A stretch of DNA of 63,879 nucleotides, the filler included, from Octopus bimaculoides (taxonomy: Eukaryota): NCBI RefSeq assembly GCF_001194135.2. It is 5 parts of 5 records of this genome, joined end to end, with 100 filler letters (N's around TTAATTAATTAA, not from the genome) between each part and the next. Parts side by side here need not be neighbours in the genome. Positions count along the whole stretch, not along the records: positions 22,379 to 49,208 come from NC_068985.1; 4 more parts are not named here. One strand, 5' to 3'. The notes under the pieces are model-generated. The model saw nothing but the letters and a program-made list of their open reading frames with translations, had not been told where the DNA came from and made no database searches. Both the position numbers and the translations under genes were made by a program. This document shows, piece after piece, positions 33,606 through 45,401 of this stretch. Every line of letters begins with the position of its first letter. Positions within the stretch are counted from its first letter, which is position 1.

Positions 33606-36250
33606 ACCTATAGCTGGATTTATAGTGGGGCAGAAGGGGTAATTGTCTCAAACATCCTCAATATTTCAGCCCCCACCCCTGCAACAGGTGATGAGTCTTC
33701 TGTACAAACAAGCCCCCACCATTTCCGAGTAACCTTGCGTGAAGAGGGCCTCCTCCAATATGCAAACATATAACCACTTCTTAAAAATAACACTTTTTCT
33801 CCACTTTAGTAACAACAGTTTACTCAATTAAAATGCAAGCTTATTACCCAGTCCAGACCACTAATTTTCAACTATCTCTGTCAAACATTAGTTGTTATTC
33901 CTAGTTATAAATTGGTGAATTTTAAAAATTGGAAAAATGTCAAAACAAAAAAAATAAGTTCAAGGATCATCAATAACAAACAACAACGTGCCTTAATTGT
34001 GATCCAAAATATTCTCAGAAAGAAGTGAAAAAAATGCTGCTGTATTGGCAAAGACACACTGCCCTACAGAATTTTTCTTTGCTTTGAAGAAGGAAAACTT
34101 GGAAGCTGATGAAGAATCAGAAACAGATGTCCCTTTTGAGAAAGTTACTGCACTCCCAAATACATCTGCAGAAATTAGGAGTAATATATCATCTCAAAAT
34201 ATTGATGATGAAGTATCATTGCCTCCTATAGACATAGCTAGTGAAGTGCTATTTTGAGATCTAGATCCAGCCATGTGGTTTTCTGTTCATGAAAAAAATG
34301 AACAGCATTTGAGAAAGTGGCTCCTGTACAGCCCATCAAGCGATGCATTTTATTGCTTTTACTATACATTGATATCAAGCAGATGTAACTGTTTTTATAG
34401 CAAGGATAGATTTAATGACTGGAAAAAAGGAGAGGAGAAAATGGAAACACACAAACAAAGCTGAGGTGCTGGTGTGGCTGTGTCAGTTTTTCTAGCCAAG
34501 AAAGGCCTGGCATTTAGAGGTAGTGAAGAGATCATACAATCTTAGCAAAATGGGATTTTTTTAAGGAAATATGGAATTCCATACATTCCTGATGGGTTAC
34601 TTGAAAGCATTTGACCATGCTGGAAGTGGTAAGCAGTCATACTTATCACCTACCATCTACAAAGAAAACATTCTGTTGATGGCAAAATACATAAATCATA
34701 TAATAGCAGAACTTAAAACTACCATATATTTCTCAGTTTTTGTAGATTCAGCACCAGACCAGGCTCAAGTTAAACAGCTTGTTATACTATTTCTGGGGAG
34801 TCAACAGAAAGTTTTTGACTTTTCTGCAGACTGGTTCTCAAAAAACTGAAGTACTGGCTATATCTTTGTTAGAATTTTTTTTTAAATAGGATATAAATTT
34901 GAAAACTACAGAAGTAGTCCTGTGACAAATCCAGTGATACGTCAAATTACTACACTGGAACGCAAGCCAGACTTAAGGGAAAAGAGTGCAGCTAGTTTTT
35001 GTTCCCTGTGCTGCTCATTTGTTGAATTTTTTTTTGACAAGCTACTGCTTCTTACTGTTTCAAAGCTGTTAACTATTTTATAAAGGTTATAACCTTTTTT
35101 TTTTATGTGTGAACACACAGTTGGACAAATTTAATCAAAGCACTCTCTAGAAAGAAGTTATAGAGCACCAATGTTAAGTCCTTGTCAGAGACTCATTGTT
35201 CAGCAAGAGCTGAAGCTACTAAAGCCTTTCATTGATGCATATAATTAATTGCATTCAAAATACATTCAGATATATTGAAGATGATTTGGAACAAACACCT
35301 GAAACAAGATATGAAGTTCAAAGATCGGCCAACAAAATGGATTGTCTTGAAACTGCTTTGATGGCTAGAATCTGAAATTTAATTCTTGTATGTTTTAACA
35401 GTACAAATAAAGCATTTCAAGGAGTTGAAGTTGATATGAATAAAATGGTTGGTCTAATTTATTCTTTGGAAAAATTCAGATGTAGGACTTTCAATGTTAT
35501 TTTAGATCAATTGTCTATTGCCTTACAAAAACTCAGAACAGCCTATCAATCATTGCATGATGAGTTCAAAGTCATAACCACCTTATGTAATTTACCTGAT
35601 GCAGAGATAGGAACTGAAGTTAAGAAACTTATCACCATTTCTCTCTGATTTAATAATGTGTATATGGATAAAATTATAATTTGCAGCCTTATAATTTGTA
35701 AGCTCACGCCCTGTTTCACTCCGTCTCAACTGGAACTTTTAATTCATGATGAAAGACTTACTGAAAACTTTCCAAGTGTTGATGTAGCTCTTGGAATATA
35801 TTTGATTTTGATGGTCACTAGTTGTTCAGGAAAGAGGTTATTTAGTAAATTGGGGCTGATTAAGAATTATCTGAGAACAACAATAACACATGAAAGACTA
35901 AAGGCTCTGTACCTTTTGGATGCAGAGAGCAATGTTCTAAATGATACAATTTAAGGAAATCATTAAAGATTTTCCAGATGCAAAGTGTTGAAAGAAAGAA
36001 TTTTTGCAGGTATTGTAGCAGTATGTAGTGGTAAAATAGTAAAACTTCTGTACTTAGTTTAGATGATAAATTTTGCATTGACAGATACATTTAAATTTTT
36101 AATATGCTAACTAGGCAATTTCATTTGCACACAATTGATGGGTGTTGAGATGTAAGTTTGGTGATTTGTCATGGATTTTAATTGTTGTGTATGAGGAGCC
36201 TACCAAGCTTGAAGTGCCATGGGACCCTGCAAGGTTTAAATTTAGGCCTG
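33606..36250 (+). mobile_element. Decayed hAT transposon
   Basis: WLLYSPSSDAFYCF, FLAKKGLAFRG, YFSVFVDS.PD, FVPCAAH.LN, and dimerisation motif FPSVDVALGIYL...SCSGKRLFSKL.LIKNYLRTT. Confidence 0.85.
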
Positions 36251-36717
36251 CATCTACCCACTGTTGTCTACTGTAGTTCCTTACCACTTTACCTTTCCAC
36301 AGCTCTCTGCTTCATTAGTTTTCTAACCACTGTTAACCTTCCATACATCCTCACTATAATACCTTTCCACAACCTTTTACCCCATTTACCAACAACTGAC
36401 TGTTAGCCTACCATAGTTCATATCCACAATACTTCTTCACATCATTAGTCTATCTTAGTCATCCTCTTCAAGTCATCTACCACAGACTTCTAATACCACT
36501 GCAACAGTACCCACCCCTTTTAACTTGTGTACAAGCTACTCTTAATTAAACTACTCAATTCACTTGTCCCTTGTCTTCATTTTGCCTTTATACACTATTT
36601 TCAGTACATTATCCAATCATTTCTCTCATAAATGCAACAATCTGGTACCCTACATTTCCATATTTTCCACTCAAAGTTTATAATACAAAGTTTTACATTT
36701 CATTGGTGTCTTTGCAG

Positions 36718-36919
36718 GCAATAATCCATCTGCTGCAACATCAGATTTGTACACAATGGAATCTTTTGTGGTTGGCTTTTCACAATCAACAATATCAACA
36801 CCAAACATTACAAAAAAATCTTCAGCAGGTGATAAAACTAAGCAAAAGAATTACATCAGTATTATCATTGCGGTTCTTATTGTTATTGGTGTTGTAGATG
36901 CCCAAAAATATTCCTATGG
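36718..36919 (+). CDS. Candidate host exon C: Ser/Thr stalk plus hydrophobic (TM-like) segment
   Basis: tctttgcag acceptor, phase 1; (C)NNPSAATSDL...SQSTISTPNITKKSSAG..YISIIIAVLIVIGVVDAQKYSY; donor GG|GTAAAA is weak. Confidence 0.55.
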
Positions 36920-37116
36920 GTAAAAAAGGTATTTTGTGATTTTTTAAAATTTCATTTTGAGTTTGTTAAGTGCAATTGTAGATTTTGCTATATACTTTGA
37001 GTTAGCATAATTGGCTTTAGTGTAAATTGTCCCAGCATTTTATATGTGTGGATCTGTATTTTCTGAAATATTTAATTCTATATAACATAAAATTCTAAAT
37101 GTGAATTCTTTTCTAG

Positions 37117-37149
37117 TAGGAGACTGTGGATAAAAGTGCATTTAGTTTG
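37117..37149 (+). CDS. Candidate micro-exon D
   Basis: ttcttttctag acceptor and TG|GTAAGC donor; phase 2 to 2; (G)RRLWIKVHLV. Confidence 0.4.
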
Positions 37150-37229
37150 GTAAGCAAATAGTCAGATAGTGCTCAAATGATGACTGTTTTTAAATAAAGG
37201 ATTGTACAAGGATTGTTGTAGTTTTTCAG

Positions 37230-37246
37230 TAGGAAAACTGTGAAGG
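37230..37246 (+). CDS. Candidate micro-exon E
   Basis: gtttttcag acceptor and G|GTAACA donor; phase 2 to 1; (C)RKTVK; 80-nt intron from exon D. Confidence 0.3.
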
Positions 37247-37299
37247 GTAACAAGCAAAATATGAAAGCAGAAGTGAGATTAATTTATCATACTTTGTTT

Positions 37300-38500
37300 A
37301 TCACTACTGGATCAACATGAATGCAAGATATTATCCAATTACACTGGTCAACAAAATGAAACATTTCTAAACTCTAGAGATCTCTTGTTGCCTAGGAAAT
37401 TTTCACAGAGTCATTTGAAGGATTCCTAGGCTTTAAGTTCAGTCTCATTCAGTGCTGTGAGGAAGTGGTTGTCCTTCAGGAGTTCTTTTATCTGCAGACC
37501 TATGAATACACCCTCCTTCAGTTTTGCCTTGGTGATTTTTGGAAATTTAGCCTTCACATATTCAAAATCTTTTGAGCTTTTCCTGACAAGTGTCTTTACG
37601 AATTGTTTCATGAGGCCAAGCTTTATGTGAAGAGGGGGAAGAAGAACATTTTCTGGGTTTAAAAGTGGCTTACTCAGGACACTAGAAACTCCCAGCTCAT
37701 ATGATTTTTGCAAAGGCCACTCTGATTGCACATAGTGCTTGTTAGTTGCATGACTGTCCCATAGGCATAAAAAGCAGATTGCATTCCCATCAACATTCCA
37801 ATCACCTTCAAGTCTCCACATATTTTCCAGCTGTAGTTTGTATACTTTATGGCATTGAGGAGTACTTGCATGTTTTCATAACACTCCTTCATGTGCACTG
37901 AATGTCCTATGGGAATGAATGGTTTCTTATTGCCATTGTGTAGTAGTACTGCCTTGAGGCTTCTCTTAGATGAATCAATGAATATGCGCCATTCAGCTGG
38001 AACATGCTCTTGGAACAAACAGTGAAATAACACATCAGTGTTATTATTGAAACAAAGTGGACCATCAACAGAGACGCATGAAGTCAGATCCCTATTTCTC
38101 TTCCACAAATGAGTAATACAAACATCTTTCTTAAGCAGACACTTTTCTTGTAGACGAAATGTTAATAGTTCAGCTTTATCCCTTGACAATGACAAGTCTC
38201 TAAATCATTTAACTCTCCTTGAGAAAATTTCTGTGGTACGTCTTCATTTTCAATCGTAAAATCTGCATCCACTTCGGTGTCTTCCACAGCAGTAGTATTT
38301 TATTCAGGAAATACATCTTCATCAGACATCTGAGGGTCATTTTCTGATGGTATTGGAATAGGAAGGTCATTATTGTTGTGTAGTACTGGTCTTCTTACTG
38401 ATTCCAAGTTGGGATACACAATCTTATGCTTGGTCTTTACAGTAAACCCACATACATTAATGTTCTTTTCAACATAGTCCCCTTTACGACCCACACACTT
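37300..38500 (-). mobile_element. Chapaev3-type (CMC superfamily) transposase remnant
   Basis: IVYPNLES.RRPV.H, EWRIFIDSSKRSLKAVLLHNGN, ICGDLKVI, CLWDS and LLPPLHIKLGLMKQFVK motifs. Confidence 0.75.
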
Positions 38501-38623
38501 CTTCCATCAGTGCTTGAATCTTATTGGTAAAGATGTTTTCATTCTGTTGCTCAAAAAAGTCATCAACACTAGAAATGACATCATCATTACTGTAATATTG
38601 GTTCTCAGCCAAGTTTTTTTCAT

Positions 38624-38765
38624 GTTGGCATTAGGAAGGGCATCCAGCTGTAGAAACTTTGCCAGATCAGATTGGAGCCTGGTGCAGCCTTCTGGCTTGC
38701 CAGCCCTCAGTCAAACCATCCAACCTATGCCAGCATGGAAAGCAGATGTTAAACGATGATGATGT
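38624..38765 (+). mobile_element. RTE-type tail repeat
   Basis: ttggcattaggaagggcatccagc...gttaaacgatgatgatg. Confidence 0.75.
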
Positions 38766-38879
38766 TGGGAAACAGATGATTGTCAGATGGGACCAAATTA
38801 GGAGAATGATTAACTAGTTCAAAGCCACAGTCATACATAGCAACCGTTGAAACCAAAAACTTACATGCTGGAACATTCT

Positions 38880-39777
38880 CCTAGTGAAACAAGACCCCTT
38901 CCATCAGATTTCATGGCTGTTTGGTTTTGATAACTGCTTCAGCAAGTTGGTGTAGCACTCTCCATTGATGTTGTAGTCTTTGTTAAGATTGTCAATGAAC
39001 ACAATACTTTTTGCATCCCAAAAAACTGAAGCCAACAGATAAAACAATCTTGGCCTTCTTTGAAGAAGGTGAGGAGGGGTGTTTCCATTATATGGATTGC
39101 ATCCTTCTCTCTGTTTTAAAGTGATCAACCCAACACTCATCATAGGTTGGGAAATTTTCAAGGAAACCAGCTAGATTTGCCAGAAACAATGCCAAATTTT
39201 CCTCTGGTGCACGTTTGACCAGGTGTCAGAAGATGTGGCACCCACTGAGCAGAAACATTCGTCATGCCAAGTTCATTGTGCAGAATATTCTCAACTTCCA
39301 CATGGGATATACTAATAGCATTGGCTATTTGATTTATAGCCAATCGTCTGTCATCCATCATCATATGGTGAATACAATCAATGTTTTCCTCAATGGTGGA
39401 AGTTACAAGATGTCCAGATCTTGAGTCATCTTCATGACTCTCCCTTCCTCTCCTAAATCCAGCTACCTACTTTTGCACTGTTGACAAAGCTGGAGCATTA
39501 CCTCATAATATAGCAACCATGTCAGCATGAATGCCCTTCAGGACTGAACCCTTTTTCTGTAGGTACTTGATAATACCACAATACCAAATTTTGTCTACTT
39601 TCAAGAGAAGTTGCTACTAGCTAATTTTGAAGTATTCTCTGAACATTCAAATATCAGTTGCCATGGAAAAAAAACAATGCAGCTATTAATAAGACAGACT
39701 GAAATTAATGCACACAAGATTTCACAGCTCTAGCATCACTCCTTCATTCTCCGCCTATGATCTTTTCAGCCTCATGT
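38880..39777 (-). mobile_element. Mariner transposon remnant
   Basis: HNELGM..VSAQWVPHLL and ASVFWDAK.IVFID motifs; TIR-like gaggctgaaaagatcataggc. Confidence 0.8.
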
Positions 39778-39927
39778 ATATAAAGGTTAATCAAAAGCAC
39801 TCATACACTAGGAAAATTGTTTTTCCCCAAAAAGGTTAGTTATATCCCGATGAAAGATTTTATAATTTTTTTTTAATATCCCCTTTATACTTAGAAACTG
39901 TATTAAATAATTTTTTATAAAAACTTT

Positions 39928-39969
<42 letters not shown>

Positions 39970-39973
<4 letters not shown>

Positions 39974-40535
39974 TCATCATCATCGTTTAACGTCCACTTT
40001 CCATGCTAGCATGGGTTGGACGATTTGATTGAGGACTGGCAAGCCAGAAGGCTGCACCAGGCTCCAATCTGATCTGGCAGAGTTTCTACAGCTGGATGCC
40101 CTTCCTAACACCAACCACTCTGAGAGTGTAGTGGGTGCTTTTACGTGCCACCAGCACGAGGGCCAGTCACACGGTACTGGCAACGGCCATGCTGAAATAC
40201 ATGTTTTTACATGCCACCTACACGGGAGCCAGTCCAGTGGCACTGGCAACAACCTCGCTTGAATGATTTTCTAACGTGCCACCAGCTAAAGTGCTAGAAG
40301 GCAACGCTGGTAATGATTATGCTCAAATGGTGCTATTTACAGGCCACTAGCACAGAAGCCAGACAGCTGCTCTGGCAATGAACACGCTCGGACAGTGCTG
40401 TTAGTGCTTCACTGGTGCAGGTGCCAGTCATTGAGTATGGTTCAATTATGACTTCGATTTCACTTGCCCCAACAGGTCTTCACAAGCAGAGTTTAGTGTC
40501 CAATGAAAGAGAGGTTAGCATGGGTGCCAGTCATA
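39970..40535 (-). mobile_element. Composite RTE-tail repeat
   Basis: Same family as 17961 and 21092; tail abuts (TA)n. Confidence 0.75.
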
Positions 40536-40544
40536 CACATATAT

Positions 40545-41225
40545 GTATATTATATATATAGCCATTGGCTTCATCAACGGCCTCCAGACGATTTCAGAAT
40601 GCTGCCATAATCATTGCCTTCATTTCATCTTCAGTTCAGCTGCAACCCACATACAATAATCAAGAGGGTTGCAGTCTGGGGAGTTAGGTGACCAGATATT
40701 AGGGGTGATGTGGTCACATAAATTGTCTCACAGCCGTGATTGGTTCTGCTTGTGTGGCATGATACAGAGTCCTGTTGTCAGATATAGGGTTTCCAGCAAT
40801 CACCTTATTGACCCAGTGCACCACTATCTCCTCCAGGCACTTTATGTAAGCCTCCATGTTGAGTAGGAGGCTATGTGGGAAAGAGAATGGAGGCATATCG
40901 TTGCCATCACTAGTGATCACTCCAAACATCATGACGCTGACTGACTGTGTGTTTATTATCACTCTTGGTACATGTCCTCAGATAGAAACCCAAATTCTGA
41001 TATGTTTGTATTGAAGATTCCAGTATGAATGCCAATATGCAGCATATCACTTCCAAATTTCTGGCAGAGTGAAATTTATAAATACATCTATCCCTAAACA
41101 TACCATTACAAGTGAAAGTGACTGTTTAAAGAAGATCTGAGAAACCATAAACCAAATTCCCTTTTTTTTACTATTTTAATTCTCACACTTGTTTTTTTCA
41201 GTACGACTTGTCAACCACCACTGAA
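40545..41225 (-). mobile_element. Tc1/mariner remnant, same family as 19619-20478
   Basis: VMMFGVITSDGNDMPPF and WSPNSPDCNPLDY motifs. Confidence 0.8.
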
Positions 41226-41534
41226 ATTAATGAACCTTGTACATTCTAACAATATAATATACAGTTTTAATTTCAAACTTACACCTTCTGTTTTGAACAT
41301 GATAATTTATCAACATTGAAAGATTTTGATTTGTCAACATTGAAACTTTTAACAATATTTTTCTAATTTTAAACTTTTACCATTGATAAACAAAAAATAT
41401 TGTTGAAACTAGTTTGGTATATATGTTAATAAATGTATTTTAAACATTTACAAGCTTTTGAAATTTAAGTGCATTTTCAACAACACATTTTCCTATATTT
41501 TTTCCTGCATGGAAACACCACTCCCTTTTTTGCT

Positions 41535-41579
<45 letters not shown>

Positions 41580-41640
41580 ACCACATATGAATCATTGGCA
41601 ATTTTCTTCCTCCATCTTTCTTTCGATTGGACTTTCCTCT

Positions 41641-41675
41641 GTTTCTGAAGGAAGAGTATTGCTTGAACGTTAAAC
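41641..41675 (+). ncRNA. Degenerate minimal hammerhead motif
   Basis: gttt-CTGAAGGA-agag-tattg-ctt-GAA-CGT-T-aaac: stem I GTTT/AAAC; core carries indels. Confidence 0.45.
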
Positions 41676-42094
41676 TATCTTTCTTTCCTTGCCTGAGCGT
41701 TTACTAATACTTTACATGTACCATGTCCTCCCGTTGTTTTGTTTTTTTTTTGTGTTTTGTTCATCTTTCTTGTTAAATACTGTTGTCTAGGGTTTCCTGA
41801 TTGAAACATTAATTTATTTCACCATTTTTCAAGCTGATAACAAGGCTGTTTGCCAGTTGCTTTTTAAAGCAGATGACATTTGAATAAGGGACACTGTTCA
41901 AGGAAGAAGACAAAAAGAAAAACACAAAGGAGATAACCAACGTTACAATACCATTTCAAAAGACAAACAAGATGTTCATGATTCACTGTGTCTGACTGTT
42001 CAATTTTAAATTCCACCTACATGTATTTCTTAAATTGTGGACATACAAAAACAAAAAAACACTCATTCCTGAAATTTATGTAATCATTGGAGGC

Positions 42095-42400
42095 TCACAG
42101 GTTCTTTGAGAGATATAGTTTTTCAAGAGAACATACTGAACATCTTTTTGACCTGTTGATATAGGATCTGGCTTTGGAGAGGATTTTCCATTTGATGTTG
42201 TAGCTTGTCCCTTTATCTTTAAACCTCCAAATTAAAACCAAAAGATCCGTTGAATGTCTTTTATAACAGTGCCTAAAATTTGAAAGGTGGTTGTTACATC
42301 TTGGTTTGAATTTTCCTTCCACTGCTGCGATATAGCATTTAATTTCTGTCTGATAGTTGCCATAGATCAATCAGGAAATTCTGGATAGCTGTATTTAACA
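42095..42400 (-). mobile_element. PLE GIY-YIG endonuclease fragment
   Basis: YIAAVEGKFKPRCNNHLSNF...NIKWKILSKARSY...CSVCSLEKLY. Confidence 0.8.
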
Positions 42401-43040
42401 AGAATTGTAGTACTTATAACAGTATGCATGTATGTAGTACAGAGAGACAACAGAGTAATGCCATTAGTAGGAGAGGCTGGGAAGGTGAAAGGCAGGGAGC
42501 AAAGTGTAGTGTCAGAAAGAAACAAGCTGCTAAGCTAAGAGAAGTTAGTATGGGTATGAGTTAAGTTACCTGATAAAAGGAATGAACGGGCAGAAGAAAG
42601 TGACAATTGAGAAATTAACAATTAGGGATGGAGAAACGAAAGTTAAAAGTGAAAAATGATAAGCTAAGGCAGTGTGAAAGGGTGAGGTATTTATAGATTA
42701 TATGAACTGAGAGGAGACCCTTGGAAATCCTCGTTTAAAAATTCTAGAAGGTTTTATTTTTCAGATAATTTTTTTTTCAATTTTAAAAGTTCAAAAGCTT
42801 AAAAAATCTTTCAAAACTTCCCCCAAAACCTCTTGGGATAATACAGAAATTTCCAAGGTCTCACAGTTTTATGAGAGATAGATAGATAGATATGTAGTGA
42901 GCTCATTCTATGATTTTACTATAGATACCTTCCCAACCTCTTCAACTAATGATGTTACCCTGTTATCTCTCTGTACTAGACCGTAACTATGTTGCTTGCG
43001 GTACACCAATACAGTGTATATATATATATATATATATATA

Positions 43041-44104
43041 TGTAAGAACGACCGTGCGAACCCAAAAGGAGAAATGGTGACGAATGGAAAACAGGGCTCC
43101 TTTATTAAACGCGTCACACGGTCGAACACAAAATATATCAAATGATATAAATATGTTATACTTCGATAACATAGAGAATTCGTAAATGCCAGTAATGAAG
43201 ACGATAGAACACAACCGTATGAGATGAATAACAGTAATATTTATTGTAGCATTAAAATGTATGTCTGTGTGTGAGTGTGAATGCGACATAATAAAACACA
43301 ATAAAAGACAGGCTGTCATGTAAAGAAAATAGTGTGTGCGAGTGATACATGTATGTGGGTACGAGAGATACACAGTATTGAATATGAGTCAGTAACACGT
43401 ATAAGGATTTAAGGTACCAGTTCTTAGAGTACACAGTGGTAAGTGTCTGTATGAGAAGTTAAGGCGTGTGGGGCAGAGCGATCACTAGTTGTGATGTTAG
43501 GGCTTCCATGCCAAGCCGGGTTCTTGAGTACAGATGTTCTTCGCAGGCTGGGCTCTTGGCTGTTATTTATCGTGGTGAAGATGAATCACACAAACAGAAT
43601 CGAAGAGAGAAGTGCCACGGTAGTTTGGTTAGCTGTTGGTAGCTTGTGTACGTAGAAGTCATGTTGATGCTGGTGGGGACGATGCTAGTAGTCATAGTGT
43701 CGTGTTGCTGCTGGCGACGATGCTGGTAGTCGTAGTTGTACGATGGTGTTGATGTTGTCGCTGGAAACTGGTTGCTGCTGTGTTACGCGTGTGTGGCCGG
43801 TGGCCAGATCTAGGCAATCTGGGGCGCGACGATTTGGCGGGGATAATTTAGTCTATTTATAGTTGAAAGTAGGCTCCACAGAAGCATTAGAAAAACACTA
43901 TCATGTGACTTTATTAGGGGCTGTGATTGGTCGATTTGCGTTCTGGCGGGAACGGTACGAGGCAGTTGCCACTTCAAATAATAATCAGTCACGTGATGGA
44001 TATAGTAGGCTGCTTTCTACTACGCCCGAACTTGATTATATTTATACAGTGGGGAAGATGGTTTGTTTGTATATAATGGCAATAGAAATATTAGTTTCAC
44101 TACA
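43041..44104 (-). mobile_element. Solo LTR (TG...CA) inserted in (TA)n
   Basis: TGTAAG...CTACA termini; (TA)n on both sides; CpG-rich; AATAAA on the - strand near 43100. Confidence 0.65.
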
Positions 44105-44229
44105 TATATATATATATATATATATGGAGAGAGAGAGATTAGATAACTTAGATATGTTTTGACCAAAGATTGACCTAGGCCATGTCTGACTTGATAGCAC
44201 CACCTGATAGGATTTGCTAAATCCATGTT

Positions 44230-44915
44230 AAGTCAAGTTTTGTGGTATCATAGCCCATTTGAGTAGGGAGTTCCTGTTGAGTGAGTTATATCCAGGTATA
44301 GGTGGTTTATCTGGTATCCCTTGAAGAAATTTGTCCAGATTCTGTTTAAAGGTGATGAGATCTTTTTCTCTTTCATTTGTTTTGGGACAATGTTAAATAG
44401 GGCAGGGCCTGTTGAGAAAAAGAAATTGTGTTGCAGTGTATTTATGTGTTGTGATCCTCAATTGGGTAGGGGACATATGGCACGTGGTCCATGCCTTAGA
44501 TAAATTCTGAAACTAATGTTGAGGTCATCTGGGCAATGTTGGTGGTATATTCCCACTTTGTGCAAATGATGTATTGCTCATGGAAACACTGGAGAGAATA
44601 GAGTTTCAATGCCTTGAGGCAGTCCCAATGATTGAGATCAGTCAGGCCCTTAATGCTTTTAGTGAATTGAATTACCCCTCTGGGGGAATTCAATTTTTGA
44701 AATATTTTTGTGTGGGGAGACCACAGGGGGCAGCAGTATTCGATGTGTGGCTGTACAAAAGGGGAAAAGAGAAATGATGACACCTTGTTCTCTGGACCAG
44801 AAGGTTCTTAGGATCCAGGAACTCATCTTATGAGCTATGTCGACTTTATTGCTGATGTGGGCATTCCAGCTGAGATTGTTATCAACAATTACACCTAGGT
44901 CTCTTAATCTCAATT
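44230..44915 (-). mobile_element. CR1/L2-like LINE 3' fragment
   Basis: LRDLGVIVDNNLSWNAHI, PHIEYCCPLWSP, LKALKLYSLQ and STGPALFNIVPK motifs. Confidence 0.85.
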
Positions 44916-45229
44916 TAAATACACAATCGAAAGAGCTACTAATAGTTTCATGCTTTTATGATACTTGAACAAACATGTTTATAAAATACACTATGTATAC
45001 AGAGCTGGCGATGCTCTCCAATTCACTGTTACTACTTTTACAGTCGCACATCTATAGTCTTTAAAAACCCTGATAGCCATGTTTTTTCCTTATTTTCTTA
45101 ATGTAACGCAAAAAAAGAGAGCCTGAAATATTGTTGTAAGATACATGGCATATTTTATAAAAATGCCTGTTCAAGTATCATAAAAGCATGAAACTATTAG
45201 TAGCTCTTTTGGTTGTGTATTTAAATTGA
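44910..45229. mobile_element. Inverted-pLTR-like element with degenerate hammerhead at 45118-45207 (+)
   Basis: About 95-bp inverted arms; agagc-CTGAAATA...agcat-GAA-ACTA-T-TAGT-A-gctct. Confidence 0.6.
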
Positions 45230-45353
45230 TATTCATATCTCACTAGATGGAGCACTTGTTTGTTGATTCTACCTCTATTGGATCTGTAAACTATACATAC
45301 ATACATATATATATGTGTGTGTGCATATATATATGTGTGTGTGCATATATATA

Positions 45354-45401
<48 letters not shown>

